A model generated the notes under the pieces. The model was not told the DNA's origin. It saw only the letters and a program-made list of their open reading frames with translations, and did not search any database. The translations under genes were made by a program, and so were the position numbers. Below, in pieces: positions 7,311 to 16,947 of a stretch of DNA of 64,000 nt (positions are counted from its first letter, which is position 1; the number at the start of each line of letters is the position of its first letter). Origin of the DNA: an uncultured bacterium (GTDB lineage Bacteria > Arandabacterota > Arandabacteria > Arandabacterales > Arandabacteraceae); contig CAYHHI010000012.1 in assembly GCA_964356335.1 (NCBI GenBank), positions 2,766-66,765 on the forward strand. The letters are read 5' to 3'.

Positions 7311-8360
7311 ATGAAGAGAACCGGCATCCATCTTCTGCGCGCCCACGCGATCGCTCAGACGTTGTTTCCGCCAACCACGCTGAAGGCCGCGATCAAGCGG
7401 CTCGGATTCGTTCAGGCCGATCCGATCCGATCGCCTGCAAGGGCTCACGATTTGATCCTGCGTCACAGAGTGAAAGCCTACAAGGCCGGCGACCTGGAGC
7501 GACAGTATGCCTCACTGGATATCGAGGAAGATGTGTTGTATGCCTACGGCTTTCTTCCTCGAACAATCTGGCGCCTGTTGCATCCCCGGAACATGACAGG
7601 CTTATCGAAGATGGAGGAGAAGGTCTACGAAACCGTTTGCAGACTCGGTGTGATTCACCCCAGAGAGCTGGAAACCCACTTTGGGAGGAAACGCGTGATC
7701 AACGCCTGGGGCGGCTACTCCAAGGCGACAACTCGTGCTTTGGAGGCGCTGCACTACCGCGGCCTTCTGCGCGTCGCCCGCCGCGAACAAGGAATCCGGG
7801 TCTACGAAGTTGCGTCGTCTTTCGTTGAATCGGTACCGCCACTTGAGCGTCTGCGAAGACTCATCATGGTGATTGCAGACATTCTCGCCCCTGTGCCTCA
7901 AAAGACCCTTCAGGCTAACATTGCGCGCTATCGCCGGCTGGGTAATCCGCGGGCGGTGGTGGCAGGCTTGATCCGCGAAGGAAGACTCCAGCAGCAAACG
8001 ATTGAAGGGATGATGTACGTCTGGCCTCCGCGCTCGATGCCTTTGCGAGATGATCCACCTCGCGTGCGATTCCTTGCTCCTTTCGATCCAGTAGTCTGGG
8101 ATCGACGCCGGTTCGAGCACCTGTGGGGATGGCCTTACCGCTTCGAGGCCTACATGCCTCCTTCGAAACGCATCCGCGGATACTACGCCATGCCTCTGCT
8201 TTGGGGTGACAAGGTTATCGGCTGGGCAAACGCACAGGTATCCGGTGGACAGTTGAACGTCGAGGTCGGATTTGTTGGAAAGCGTCCGAGGGAGAAGAGT
8301 TTTCGTTCTGAGCTGGAACTCGAGATTGGGCGCCTGGATACCTTGAAAACACATTGGTGA
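7311..8360 (+). CDS. YcaQ/AlkZ-family winged-helix DNA glycosylase (interstrand-crosslink unhooking type)
   Basis: N-terminal LGFVQADPIRSPARAHDLILRHRV carries a Q-x-D (YcaQ-type) catalytic motif. C-terminal RIRGYYAMPLLWGDKVIGWAN is typical of the family. Start taken at MKRTGIHLL. Confidence 0.75.
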   Translation: MKRTGIHLLRAHAIAQTLFPPTTLKAAIKRLGFVQADPIRSPARAHDLILRHRVKAYKAGDLERQYASLDIEEDVLYAYGFLPRTIWRLLHPRNMTGLSKMEEKVYETVCRLGVIHPRELETHFGRKRVINAWGGYSKATTRALEALHYRGLLRVARREQGIRVYEVASSFVESVPPLERLRRLIMVIADILAPVPQKTLQANIARYRRLGNPRAVVAGLIREGRLQQQTIEGMMYVWPPRSMPLRDDPPRVRFLAPFDPVVWDRRRFEHLWGWPYRFEAYMPPSKRIRGYYAMPLLWGDKVIGWANAQVSGGQLNVEVGFVGKRPREKSFRSELELEIGRLDTLKTHW

Positions 8361-8496
8361 ATGAGAAACTCCCCGGACACTCCATGCCGCCACCATTGCA
8401 TGTGATTGGCGGAGAATGGCAACCAGTGAGGAAATTCGCCCATCGTAAGAAACTCGGTACGGACCTCTCCCCTATCGTACTCCGGGAGAAGATGTG

Positions 8497-9168
8497 TCAT
8501 CTGCGTCCAGGCATAAAGAATAACCCAATGACGATTGCAAGCTCATTGGCATCCCTATCACCGCCTTCTGCGGCAATTCCTAGAATGTTCCGGATCGTAT
8601 GATACTCGATCGCAATTTCAAGGCCTGCTCTCTCCTTACTTGATCCCTCCTTGGCGCCACTCTCCACGTGAACAGGTCCACCCTTTATGGGGAAAAGTAT
8701 CCCCCCACCTATGCCCCAACCCCACTTGGTAGCGTGAAATCTGGTCTGGCCCTCCTCACTGCCTTCCAAGTTCTCGGTAGTCCAATAGTGATACACACCG
8801 CCCATTGGCGCCACGTATATCAGTATCTGCCCAAGCGGCGCCGAAAAATGCGGCCCCATAGTCAGTCGAAAACTGCGCCGTGTGGACTCGATCTTTCCTT
8901 GCTGAGTATCTCTGGTGTCCCATCCGTACCATGTCCATCCCAGATCAAGCCGCAGCCCCTGAAGATGTCTATCGCTGGGAAAATAGACTACCCCTACACC
9001 CGCTCCAACACCAAGATTGTTGACATTAGCAAACTCCTGCTGAGGTTTTGACAACCATCCTCTAAGGCTTCCGCCAAATCCCTCATCCTTGAACAGATTA
9101 GCCGAGGCATTCGAATACAGCGCACAGACGAGGATGACGGACACAAGGCAAATCCTTCGGCATACCAC
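8497..9168 (-). CDS. hypothetical outer-membrane beta-barrel protein
   Basis: Signal peptide MVCRRICLVSVILVCALYSNASA. Alternating aromatic/Gly-rich beta-strand pattern with a terminal aromatic-rich segment. No family assigned. Confidence 0.55.
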   Translation of the reverse strand: MVCRRICLVSVILVCALYSNASANLFKDEGFGGSLRGWLSKPQQEFANVNNLGVGAGVGVVYFPSDRHLQGLRLDLGWTWYGWDTRDTQQGKIESTRRSFRLTMGPHFSAPLGQILIYVAPMGGVYHYWTTENLEGSEEGQTRFHATKWGWGIGGGILFPIKGGPVHVESGAKEGSSKERAGLEIAIEYHTIRNILGIAAEGGDRDANELAIVIGLFFMPGRR

Positions 9169-9296
9169 TCTTCCTCCTTGGCTTCAGGGCAACCCTACCT
9201 ATCCCTTCTGATCATGAAGACATAGCAGAGGATAGGGTAACCTGTCAATCTGTGATGCTATGCCGCCGACTTATCCAAATAATCACCGGCCTCCTT

Positions 9297-9326
9297 ATAA
9301 GAACTGGCCCAATAAGAACTGGCCCA
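9297..9326. repeat. perfect 15-bp tandem duplication in a divergent intergenic region
   Basis: ATAAGAACTGGCCCA occurs at 9297-9311 and again at 9312-9326. Confidence 0.9.
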
Positions 9327-9507
9327 GGCAAGCCTCGCGTATAGCAGTACATGCCACACAATATCCGCGATTCAAAGCCCAATCGGCACATCATGCGAAA
9401 CGCCGGGTGGATGTAAAACCGTTGACAATCGATTCGAGCCGGGGTAGATGTAGAGAGCATAGGCAATCTCCGGAAACCTTATAAGCCTTAATGGGCGAGG
9501 CAGCTTG

Positions 9508-11058
9508 ATGGGCAACTTGCAGCCGCTTGGTACACGCAGAGATGTGTTGGTGGCCCTCGCAATAGTTCTCGCTTTAGCGTGTACCACCCTGTCCTGCCTT
9601 CTCACACTTAGGGTGTATCCGTTTACCGATCTTCCCTGTCACCTTGCGGAGGCCACGATACACAAGTATGCCCGGGATCCGGCTTCGCTACTCTCTCACT
9701 ACTTTAGGGACGATATCACGCTACTCAAGCCTACCGTTGCTCATGCGGTGATCTTATCTCTCTTTCCGTCAGTGGAGTCGGGGGCCCGAGTGCTATACGG
9801 CGCATATGTGATAGCGGTACCGACGCTGATCCTGCTGCTCCTTGTTCTTTGCCGCGGGGACCCGTGGCTTGCCATTTTGTCAATCACCCTCCTCTACAAC
9901 TACAATGTAACGTGGGGATTCACAGGCTTCACCCTCGCAATACCCGTATTCTTACTGTTCTTAGCAATCAACATCCGTCTGCTTGATCGGCCGACCTTCT
10001 TAAGTGGCCTGAGTGCGGCTGTCGTACTTGTATTACTCTACTGGACGCACCTGCTGCTTTTCCTCTTCGCGCTTCTCTGCTATATGGTCTCAGAGATAGT
10101 GCAACACAAGTACAGGTCCAGGCCGAAGAGGGCCGTTACATTGCTTCCTACTATACCTGGTCTTGTACTGTTAGTTACCTGGGTACTTAGCAGTGAAGGA
10201 GTACGTGGCAGGTCGATCGTTTGGGATCTCAAGAAATATTACTTACACGAATACCTGGGGACTCTAGCTTATCGGGCCCAACATCTCTTCAATAATCACT
10301 ACCAGCTAGCGCCGGGGCTACGGGGCCAGATCCTGGCGGCCTTTTTCACACTGGGGCTGTTCGCGCCATTACTGCTAGCCGTTCGGCCGCGAATCTCCTC
10401 CGCAATGATGGCCTCCGCCGCACGGCGAATGGTAGTGATTTCCACGGGCTGCGCCCTATTCTGCTTCCTTGTACTTCCCTCAGGCCTACCTGGGCAGGGG
10501 ATTCTCTTCCAGCGGTACACCGTGATTCTTGGACTGGGCGTTGTGGTCGTTCTGGGTTGTCTTGTACAGACGAGATACAGGTGGGTTGTACGCGCGTGGG
10601 CACTCCTTCTTGCAACGGTCTACTGCGGACTTTGGTGTCAATATTTCGCCGACTTTGGTGCTTTCGTCAGACCCTTCGACAAGTCCTTCCTGTATGATGA
10701 GGGAATCGCTAGCAAGACCATGGGCGCGATCATCGATGACGCTTGCTTTCGCGGCCGCCGCGTCCTGCCGCACCTCGACAACTATCACATTGTGTGGAAT
10801 CGGGGAATAGCTCCGACTAAGATCGTGAATTATCGCTTTGGCCTGGTCAGGATGAGAGACGGTATGGAACTCCCGTACTATCAGGCCTGGATCGGGGAGG
10901 ACACAGATATCCAGAAGCTAATTGAGGAATATGCTACATGCGATTACTTGCTGGTTCATGGCTCCCGGCCGTACAAGGCCGTCGTGACAACGGGTGGCCG
11001 GGTGCTGATACGCCAGGGAAATGGCTGGGCGCTTTTTCGGTCGTGGGGGACAAAGTAA
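9508..11058 (+). CDS. hypothetical polytopic membrane protein with soluble C-terminal domain (GT-C-like architecture possible)
   Basis: About 11-12 hydrophobic segments over 390 aa, then a ~120-aa hydrophilic tail. ATG at 9508 (the ORF track starts at TTG 9505). No motif recognised. Confidence 0.55.
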   Translation: MGNLQPLGTRRDVLVALAIVLALACTTLSCLLTLRVYPFTDLPCHLAEATIHKYARDPASLLSHYFRDDITLLKPTVAHAVILSLFPSVESGARVLYGAYVIAVPTLILLLLVLCRGDPWLAILSITLLYNYNVTWGFTGFTLAIPVFLLFLAINIRLLDRPTFLSGLSAAVVLVLLYWTHLLLFLFALLCYMVSEIVQHKYRSRPKRAVTLLPTIPGLVLLVTWVLSSEGVRGRSIVWDLKKYYLHEYLGTLAYRAQHLFNNHYQLAPGLRGQILAAFFTLGLFAPLLLAVRPRISSAMMASAARRMVVISTGCALFCFLVLPSGLPGQGILFQRYTVILGLGVVVVLGCLVQTRYRWVVRAWALLLATVYCGLWCQYFADFGAFVRPFDKSFLYDEGIASKTMGAIIDDACFRGRRVLPHLDNYHIVWNRGIAPTKIVNYRFGLVRMRDGMELPYYQAWIGEDTDIQKLIEEYATCDYLLVHGSRPYKAVVTTGGRVLIRQGNGWALFRSWGTK

Positions 11059-11188
11059 CAAGGCAATATGGCCAGGATGATGTATCCTGACAGCAATTGG
11101 GTGAGCACGAGATAGAATGATGCTAGGCTGGCCTGAGCTTGAACCCTAATTCAAACACCACCTAAGGCGAGAAAGCCCAGCCTCCCTC

Positions 11189-13105
11189 CTACTCCTCGTA
11201 ACGGCCGCCCATGTGCTTGGCCAGGAACTTCTCGGCTGCTGCGTAGAACTTGAGGCGGTTCGCGGGCTTGGCGAAACCATGGCCTTCATCATCAAAGAGC
11301 ATGTACTCGGTGTCGATACCCTTAGCCTTCATCGCCTCGACAATCTGGTCGCTCTCGGCCTGTTTGACGCGAGGGTCATTAACTCCCTGTGCAATCAGCA
11401 TGGGGATCTTGATCTGGTCCACCTTGAAGAGCGGCGAACGCGATCTCAAGAACTCGGCCTCGGTCTTGGGGTTGCCGATCCGCTTGTAGAACAGATCGAG
11501 CATCGATGTCCAATAAGGAGGCACACTCTCCAGCAAGGTCATGAGATTGCTGGGGCCCATCTGGTCGAGGGCACAGCAGAAGAGATCTGGAGTGAAGGTG
11601 GCTCCCACGAGGGCAGCATATCCGCCGTAAGAAGCGCCATAGATTGCGACCTTCTTGGGATCGGCAACGCCTGCCTTGATCGCCCAGTTCACCGCATCAA
11701 TGAGATCGTTATGCATCTTGCTGCCCCACTCCTTGTCGCCGGCATTGAGGAAGGCCTTGCCGTAACCGGTGGAGCCGCGGAAGTTGACCTGCAGGCACGC
11801 ATAGCCCCGGTTGGCCAGCCACTGGGCCTCGGGCTCGTAGCCCCAGGTGTCGCGAGCCCAGGGCCCGCCGTGCACATTGAGCACCATGGGCAGATTCTTC
11901 ATGGGTTTGCCCGGCGGATATGTGATGTAGCCGTGGATCGTAAGCCCATCGCGGGACTTGAAGGATACAGGCTCCATGGAAGCAAGCGTGTACTTGAGAA
12001 GCTCCGGGCGATGGTAGAACAGGAACGTAGCCTTACCCGTCTGCCTGTCATAGGCATAGTATGCCACCGGGCCGTTGTCCACAACGAATGCCACAATCCA
12101 GGTTCGGTCGGCATCATCGCGGCTCGTGATGTTGATATCCCCTTCGTGAACCTTGCGGATCGCATCGAAGTCCTTCTTGATCGCCGGGTCAAGCACCGTC
12201 CATTCGTTCCGGTCCTTGGTGAATTCGACGGCCTCAATCTCGTAGGTATCCGGATTGATCAACGCGTTGCTGACATCATAGAGCGAGTCCTCGCCGACCA
12301 CCTGGATCTTCCCGGTCCCGAGGGCCATCTTGACAAGGCGCGCCGCATTTGCATCGCGGGAATCAACCATGTAGATGGACTGGCCGTCCTTGGTGAATCC
12401 AATCGGAGCGCTGGTGAGGCTGTTCTGGGAATCCCAGGTGAGAATCTTCCTCCAGGGATTACTGGCGTTATCGCGGTACAAAAGGTCCATGCCGCCCTCG
12501 GCAGTCGGTGCGAGTGCCAGCTTCACAACCAGATTGTTGTCGGTGACCCACCCCACGACATTGCCCGGGTTCTGTGCAACCATCTTGAGCTCGCCCGTAT
12601 TGAGGTCCAGGTGATAGGCGTCATGAAGTTGGGGATCATCCTTGTTCATGGCGATTATGAGATGAGTGGGAAAGTGCTTGTCCCTGCCGGTGATCTGCAC
12701 CTGTATGCTGTCATACGGGCTCAGGGATCTTGTCTCGCCTGTCGCGAGTTCCACATCGTAAAGCTGCCAGTTCTCGTTTCCGCCCTTATCCTGGAGATAC
12801 ATCATTTGCTTGCTGTCGCCACCCCAGAAGCAGTTAAAGATGCCTCGGTTTGTGTCCTTGGTTATGGCCCGGTCATCTTCCTTGCCGATGGTCTTGGTCC
12901 ACACATTGAGGACGCCCTCGAGCGGGGCCACGTAAGCCAGCATCTTGCCATCAGGTGAGATCTGGGGTGCGGTCTTCTCCGGATTGCCGAAGATCACGCT
13001 CCTTGGAATGAGTTTGGGCTCCTCTGCAAGGCACGTGCTCCAGAATCCGACGAGAACAAGAGCCACAACTAGGACTTCAAGCATGACAAGCCTTGAGTGC
13101 TTCAT
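11189..13105 (-). CDS. S9 family serine peptidase (prolyl oligopeptidase/dipeptidyl peptidase type)
   Basis: Signal peptide, an N-terminal beta-propeller-like region, nucleophile elbow GASYGGYAA, and a C-terminal DDEGHGF (Asp/His of the triad). Confidence 0.9.
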   Translation of the reverse strand: MKHSRLVMLEVLVVALVLVGFWSTCLAEEPKLIPRSVIFGNPEKTAPQISPDGKMLAYVAPLEGVLNVWTKTIGKEDDRAITKDTNRGIFNCFWGGDSKQMMYLQDKGGNENWQLYDVELATGETRSLSPYDSIQVQITGRDKHFPTHLIIAMNKDDPQLHDAYHLDLNTGELKMVAQNPGNVVGWVTDNNLVVKLALAPTAEGGMDLLYRDNASNPWRKILTWDSQNSLTSAPIGFTKDGQSIYMVDSRDANAARLVKMALGTGKIQVVGEDSLYDVSNALINPDTYEIEAVEFTKDRNEWTVLDPAIKKDFDAIRKVHEGDINITSRDDADRTWIVAFVVDNGPVAYYAYDRQTGKATFLFYHRPELLKYTLASMEPVSFKSRDGLTIHGYITYPPGKPMKNLPMVLNVHGGPWARDTWGYEPEAQWLANRGYACLQVNFRGSTGYGKAFLNAGDKEWGSKMHNDLIDAVNWAIKAGVADPKKVAIYGASYGGYAALVGATFTPDLFCCALDQMGPSNLMTLLESVPPYWTSMLDLFYKRIGNPKTEAEFLRSRSPLFKVDQIKIPMLIAQGVNDPRVKQAESDQIVEAMKAKGIDTEYMLFDDEGHGFAKPANRLKFYAAAEKFLAKHMGGRYEE

Positions 13106-13234
13106 CGTCTCCTCCTAGTTCCTCAGGGGTTAAAAGACTTTGTTCACAGGGGTTACATCTCTTGGTCTACTGGCCGGCATCATATCGGGATGGCCAATCA
13201 GTGGTCACGACCTTATACAATTTCCATGTCAATG

Positions 13235-14389
13235 TCAAGATGGCGGCACATCAATGCCCTTTCTACTTAGAATAGACGTGTAAGCCTGCTCCAAAGTTTC
13301 AAGAACCTTATGTGCAGAGTAGCGTGCGATGGCTTTCCCCTTGGCCTTCTGGCCCAAGGCAGCCATCTTCTCGGGGTCATTGATCAGATTGACAATGGCT
13401 TCAGCAAAAGATTGTACGCTGCGAGGTTCGACCAGTATCCCGTCTTCATTATCACTCAAGGCTTCGGGAATCCCGCCCACAGAGGTCGAGACTATGGGCT
13501 TTGCAGCCATCATTGCCTCGATCAGCGATACGGGCAGCCCCTCGCGCCGGGACGTGATCATATAAAGATCCATCGCAGCCAGGAGCTCGGGGATGTCGGT
13601 TCTTGCCCCGAGGAAGACCACCTTGTCTGTGAGACCAAGCGAGTCGCGCATCTCGACCAGCTCCTCGCGGAGCGGCCCCTCTCCCACCAGGATGAATCTC
13701 ACGTCAGGGCGTTTCTCGCAGACCTCCTTTGCGATTTGGAGAAGAAAGTCATATGATTTGGCTGCGACCAGCCTGCCTACTGTCCCGACAAGCAAAGATT
13801 TCTCGAAACCGATCTCCCTCCTTTTCGCGTCCCGCGCAACCTTGTTCACTTCGAACCTGGCCGGTTCGACGGCGTTACCGATCACTACGATCTTCGATGC
13901 CGGCGTGTGCTCGTCTCTTAGCCTCAATCTCCTGATGTCTTCGGAGACCGCTATGCGCAGATCGGTGCCGTGTATGGCGAGCCGCTCAAACCATCTGTGA
14001 TACCACTTCTTCCAGACGGTCTTGCCGTGCTCATGGGTTACTATGACGGGGACTCCTGCCAGCCATCCTGCAATCCGCCCGACCACACCGGACTCATAAA
14101 GATGGGTGTGGAGAACCCTGACCTTTCTTTCCTTCAGAAACCTCCGGAGCCTCAGGATGGTCAAGATTGCATGCCGGCGGCGGTAACCCATATCCCAGAC
14201 GGGAATTCCCAAGCGTTCAATCTCACGGGCGAGCTCCCCCTTGGCGACGAGGCAGCAGATGCCATAGCGGAACCTGCTCTTGGCCATCGAGGGAGCAAGG
14301 TAATAGAGGTTCCGCTCGGCGCCTCCTTGAGCGAGGCTGCCTATCACGTGGAGTACGTCAATCTCTTTTTGAGGAGCCATCGTGGGCAC
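13235..14389 (-). CDS. glycosyltransferase family 4 (GT-B, GT1-type)
   Basis: GGAERNL near the N-terminus and SRREGLPVSLIEAMMAAKPIVSTSVGGIPE (E-x7-E region). Confidence 0.9.
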   Translation of the reverse strand: MPTMAPQKEIDVLHVIGSLAQGGAERNLYYLAPSMAKSRFRYGICCLVAKGELAREIERLGIPVWDMGYRRRHAILTILRLRRFLKERKVRVLHTHLYESGVVGRIAGWLAGVPVIVTHEHGKTVWKKWYHRWFERLAIHGTDLRIAVSEDIRRLRLRDEHTPASKIVVIGNAVEPARFEVNKVARDAKRREIGFEKSLLVGTVGRLVAAKSYDFLLQIAKEVCEKRPDVRFILVGEGPLREELVEMRDSLGLTDKVVFLGARTDIPELLAAMDLYMITSRREGLPVSLIEAMMAAKPIVSTSVGGIPEALSDNEDGILVEPRSVQSFAEAIVNLINDPEKMAALGQKAKGKAIARYSAHKVLETLEQAYTSILSRKGIDVPPS

Positions 14390-16873
14390 TCATGAGGCAA
14401 CAAGATTCAGGATCTTGTCTCTTACATAAAAGGCTTTGCTGACTGACTTGTCCTTAAGCCACTTGCTGACTGATGGATGACTCTTGGCAATACTCTCGAC
14501 AGATTCCTGGCTCGAGCCTGCCGGAACTTCTATGCTGGCGCGGACCTTGCCGTTGACCTGGACAACCACAGTCACTACATCAGTCCGCAGGATGCCTTCA
14601 TCATGCGCCGGAAATGGCAGGTCGAAGACGCTTCCGTCATGACCCAGCATGCCCCACATCTCTTCGCACACGTGGGGGATCATGGGAGCCAGCATCTGCG
14701 ACGCCGCATCCGCGGCAAACCTCAGGACACGCTGGGTCGACTGACCAGGCTCGGTTTCCATGCCCTCAGGCAGGCGCGCATACATCTCGTTGACAAGTTC
14801 CATCACGGCACTTATGGCCGTGTTGAAATGGAATCTCAGGCCGACATCCTCTTTGACTTTCTTTATCGCCCAGTGGGACTTCCTGAGCAGCGCCAGATCA
14901 TCCTCGGACAGAGACCTCGCATCTATGGGTTGGGAAGCCCCCCCAAACCGGGAAATGGCGTCCACAATACGCCACAGCCTTGTGATGAACCGGAATGAAC
15001 CTTCCACTCCCCTGTTGATCCATTCGACATCCTTCTCGGGCGGACCAAGGAACAGGGTTGAGAGTCTCACCGTATCGGTGCCGAACTTGACGATAAGCTC
15101 ATCGGCCGAGACGGTATTGCCTTTGCTTTTTGACATCTTCGCGCCGTCTTTGCATATCATGCCCTGTGTGAAGAGGTTGGCGAACGGTTCGCGAACAGAT
15201 ATGAGTTCCATGTCAGCCAGCACCTTGGCCACAAACCGCGAGTAAAGCAAGTGAAGCACCGCATGTTCTATTCCACCGATGTACATGTCGACGGGCAGCC
15301 AGTAGTCTGCCTCTTCCTTGCCGAAAGGTCTTGCGTCGTCATGCGGCGTGAGGTACCTCATGAAATACCATGTCGAATCAACGAAAGTATCCATGGTATC
15401 GGTCTCGCGTCGTGCAGGTCCGCCGCAGGTGGGACACTGTGTCTCCACGAATTCCTTGACATATGTGAGCGGCGACTCCCCGGTCGGCTTAAACTTCTCG
15501 ACGGGAGGAAGAATGACGGGCAGTTCGTTCTCAGGCACGGACACCACACCGCACTTCTCACAATATACAATCGGAATGGGAACACCCCAGTATCGCTGCC
15601 TGGATATCAGCCAGTCCCGCAACCGGTAGCGAACGCAGCGCTTTCCGACCCCCTTGGCTTCCATATAGTCAGCGATCTTTTCCATGGCGAGCACATTGGG
15701 GAGCCCATCGAAGGGACCCGAGTTTACCTGAATGCCTTCCTCGATATGGGCCATTTCGAGACCCGCTGAATCCTTGAGAATGCCGTCAGGCGATATCACA
15801 AGCCTCATAGCGAGTCCGTATTTCTTGGCGAATTCGAAATCCCTCTGGTCATGGGCAGGCACGGCCATTATGGCGCCTGTGCCGTATTCGCCGACCACAT
15901 AGTCCGCGATCCAGAGCGGTATCCGCTCGTTGTTGACTGGGTTTATGATATACTTGCCTGTGAAGACGCCGTTCTTCTCGACTTCATCGAATTTCCGCAG
16001 CACGGTCTTGGCTTTACAAGCCTTCACAAACTCCATCGCCTTGTCCTTGAGAGGACTGCCTTGGAGGATCGATTCAATCTCAGGGTGATCCGGGGACAGG
16101 ACCGCATATGTGGCGCCGAAGATGGTGTCCTGCCTCGTGGTGAAACACGGTAGGAGCCTCCCGTCGTCCAGGTGAAAATGGATGTCGACTCCCTCGCTCC
16201 TGCCGATCCAGTTGCGCTGCATGGTTGTAACACGCTCCGGCCAGCCGGTGAGAGTGTCAAGATCGTTCAAGAGTTCTTCCGCGTAGGCGGTAATCTTGAA
16301 GAACCACTGCTCCAGCCGCGTTGTCCCCACGGGCGAATCGCATCGCTCGCAGAGACCTCCGACCACCTGCTCGTTGGCAAGCACCGTCTGACATTGCGGG
16401 CACCAATTGGAGGAAGCCTGCTTCCTGTAGGCCAGACCTCGCTTGTACATCCATATGAAGATCATCTGCGTCCACTTGTAATAGGCTGGGTCACATGTCT
16501 TGACTTCCCTTGCCCATTCGAAGGCGATTCCCCAGGCCTTGAGCTGCTCCCTCATGCTGTTTATGTTGCTTTCGGTCCAATCGCGCGGATTTATGTTTCT
16601 CTCGATGGCCGCGTTTTCCGCGGGAAGTCCGAAGGCATCCCAACCGATGGGGAACATCACGTTGTAGCCTTCCTTCACTTTCCAGCGCATCAGGGAATCG
16701 CCTAGGATGTAATTCCTGCCATGACCGACGTGAAGCTCGCCCGAGGGGTAAGGAAACATGACGAGGCAATAGTACTTGGGTTTGGCCTTGGAGGGGTGTG
16801 CACCGAAGGTGCGCCTGGCCTCCCAGTATGCCTGGCGTTTCGGCTCGATTTCCTTGAAGTTGTAAGTTCGCAT
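14390..16873 (-). CDS. leuS: leucine--tRNA ligase
   Basis: HIGH-type motif HVGHGRNY, KMSKS motif KMSKSKGN, Zn-binding CPQC...CERC, 827 aa. Confidence 0.97.
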   Translation of the reverse strand: MRTYNFKEIEPKRQAYWEARRTFGAHPSKAKPKYYCLVMFPYPSGELHVGHGRNYILGDSLMRWKVKEGYNVMFPIGWDAFGLPAENAAIERNINPRDWTESNINSMREQLKAWGIAFEWAREVKTCDPAYYKWTQMIFIWMYKRGLAYRKQASSNWCPQCQTVLANEQVVGGLCERCDSPVGTTRLEQWFFKITAYAEELLNDLDTLTGWPERVTTMQRNWIGRSEGVDIHFHLDDGRLLPCFTTRQDTIFGATYAVLSPDHPEIESILQGSPLKDKAMEFVKACKAKTVLRKFDEVEKNGVFTGKYIINPVNNERIPLWIADYVVGEYGTGAIMAVPAHDQRDFEFAKKYGLAMRLVISPDGILKDSAGLEMAHIEEGIQVNSGPFDGLPNVLAMEKIADYMEAKGVGKRCVRYRLRDWLISRQRYWGVPIPIVYCEKCGVVSVPENELPVILPPVEKFKPTGESPLTYVKEFVETQCPTCGGPARRETDTMDTFVDSTWYFMRYLTPHDDARPFGKEEADYWLPVDMYIGGIEHAVLHLLYSRFVAKVLADMELISVREPFANLFTQGMICKDGAKMSKSKGNTVSADELIVKFGTDTVRLSTLFLGPPEKDVEWINRGVEGSFRFITRLWRIVDAISRFGGASQPIDARSLSEDDLALLRKSHWAIKKVKEDVGLRFHFNTAISAVMELVNEMYARLPEGMETEPGQSTQRVLRFAADAASQMLAPMIPHVCEEMWGMLGHDGSVFDLPFPAHDEGILRTDVVTVVVQVNGKVRASIEVPAGSSQESVESIAKSHPSVSKWLKDKSVSKAFYVRDKILNLVAS

Positions 16874-16947
16874 CGCGTTTTCGACTCCGGTAGCAGGCTA
16901 AGGGAGCGACTTGGTTGGAGCCACTCTACATGCTCATGTGGAGGCTG

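Noticed and set aside
11213-12958. 581-aa plus-strand ORF, one of the longest plus-strand ORFs in the track
   Set aside because: It lies entirely antisense to the S9 peptidase gene, which has a clear catalytic motif and signal peptide. Its translation is Gly/Leu/Val/His-rich with no motifs. This is a typical shadow ORF in GC-rich coding DNA.
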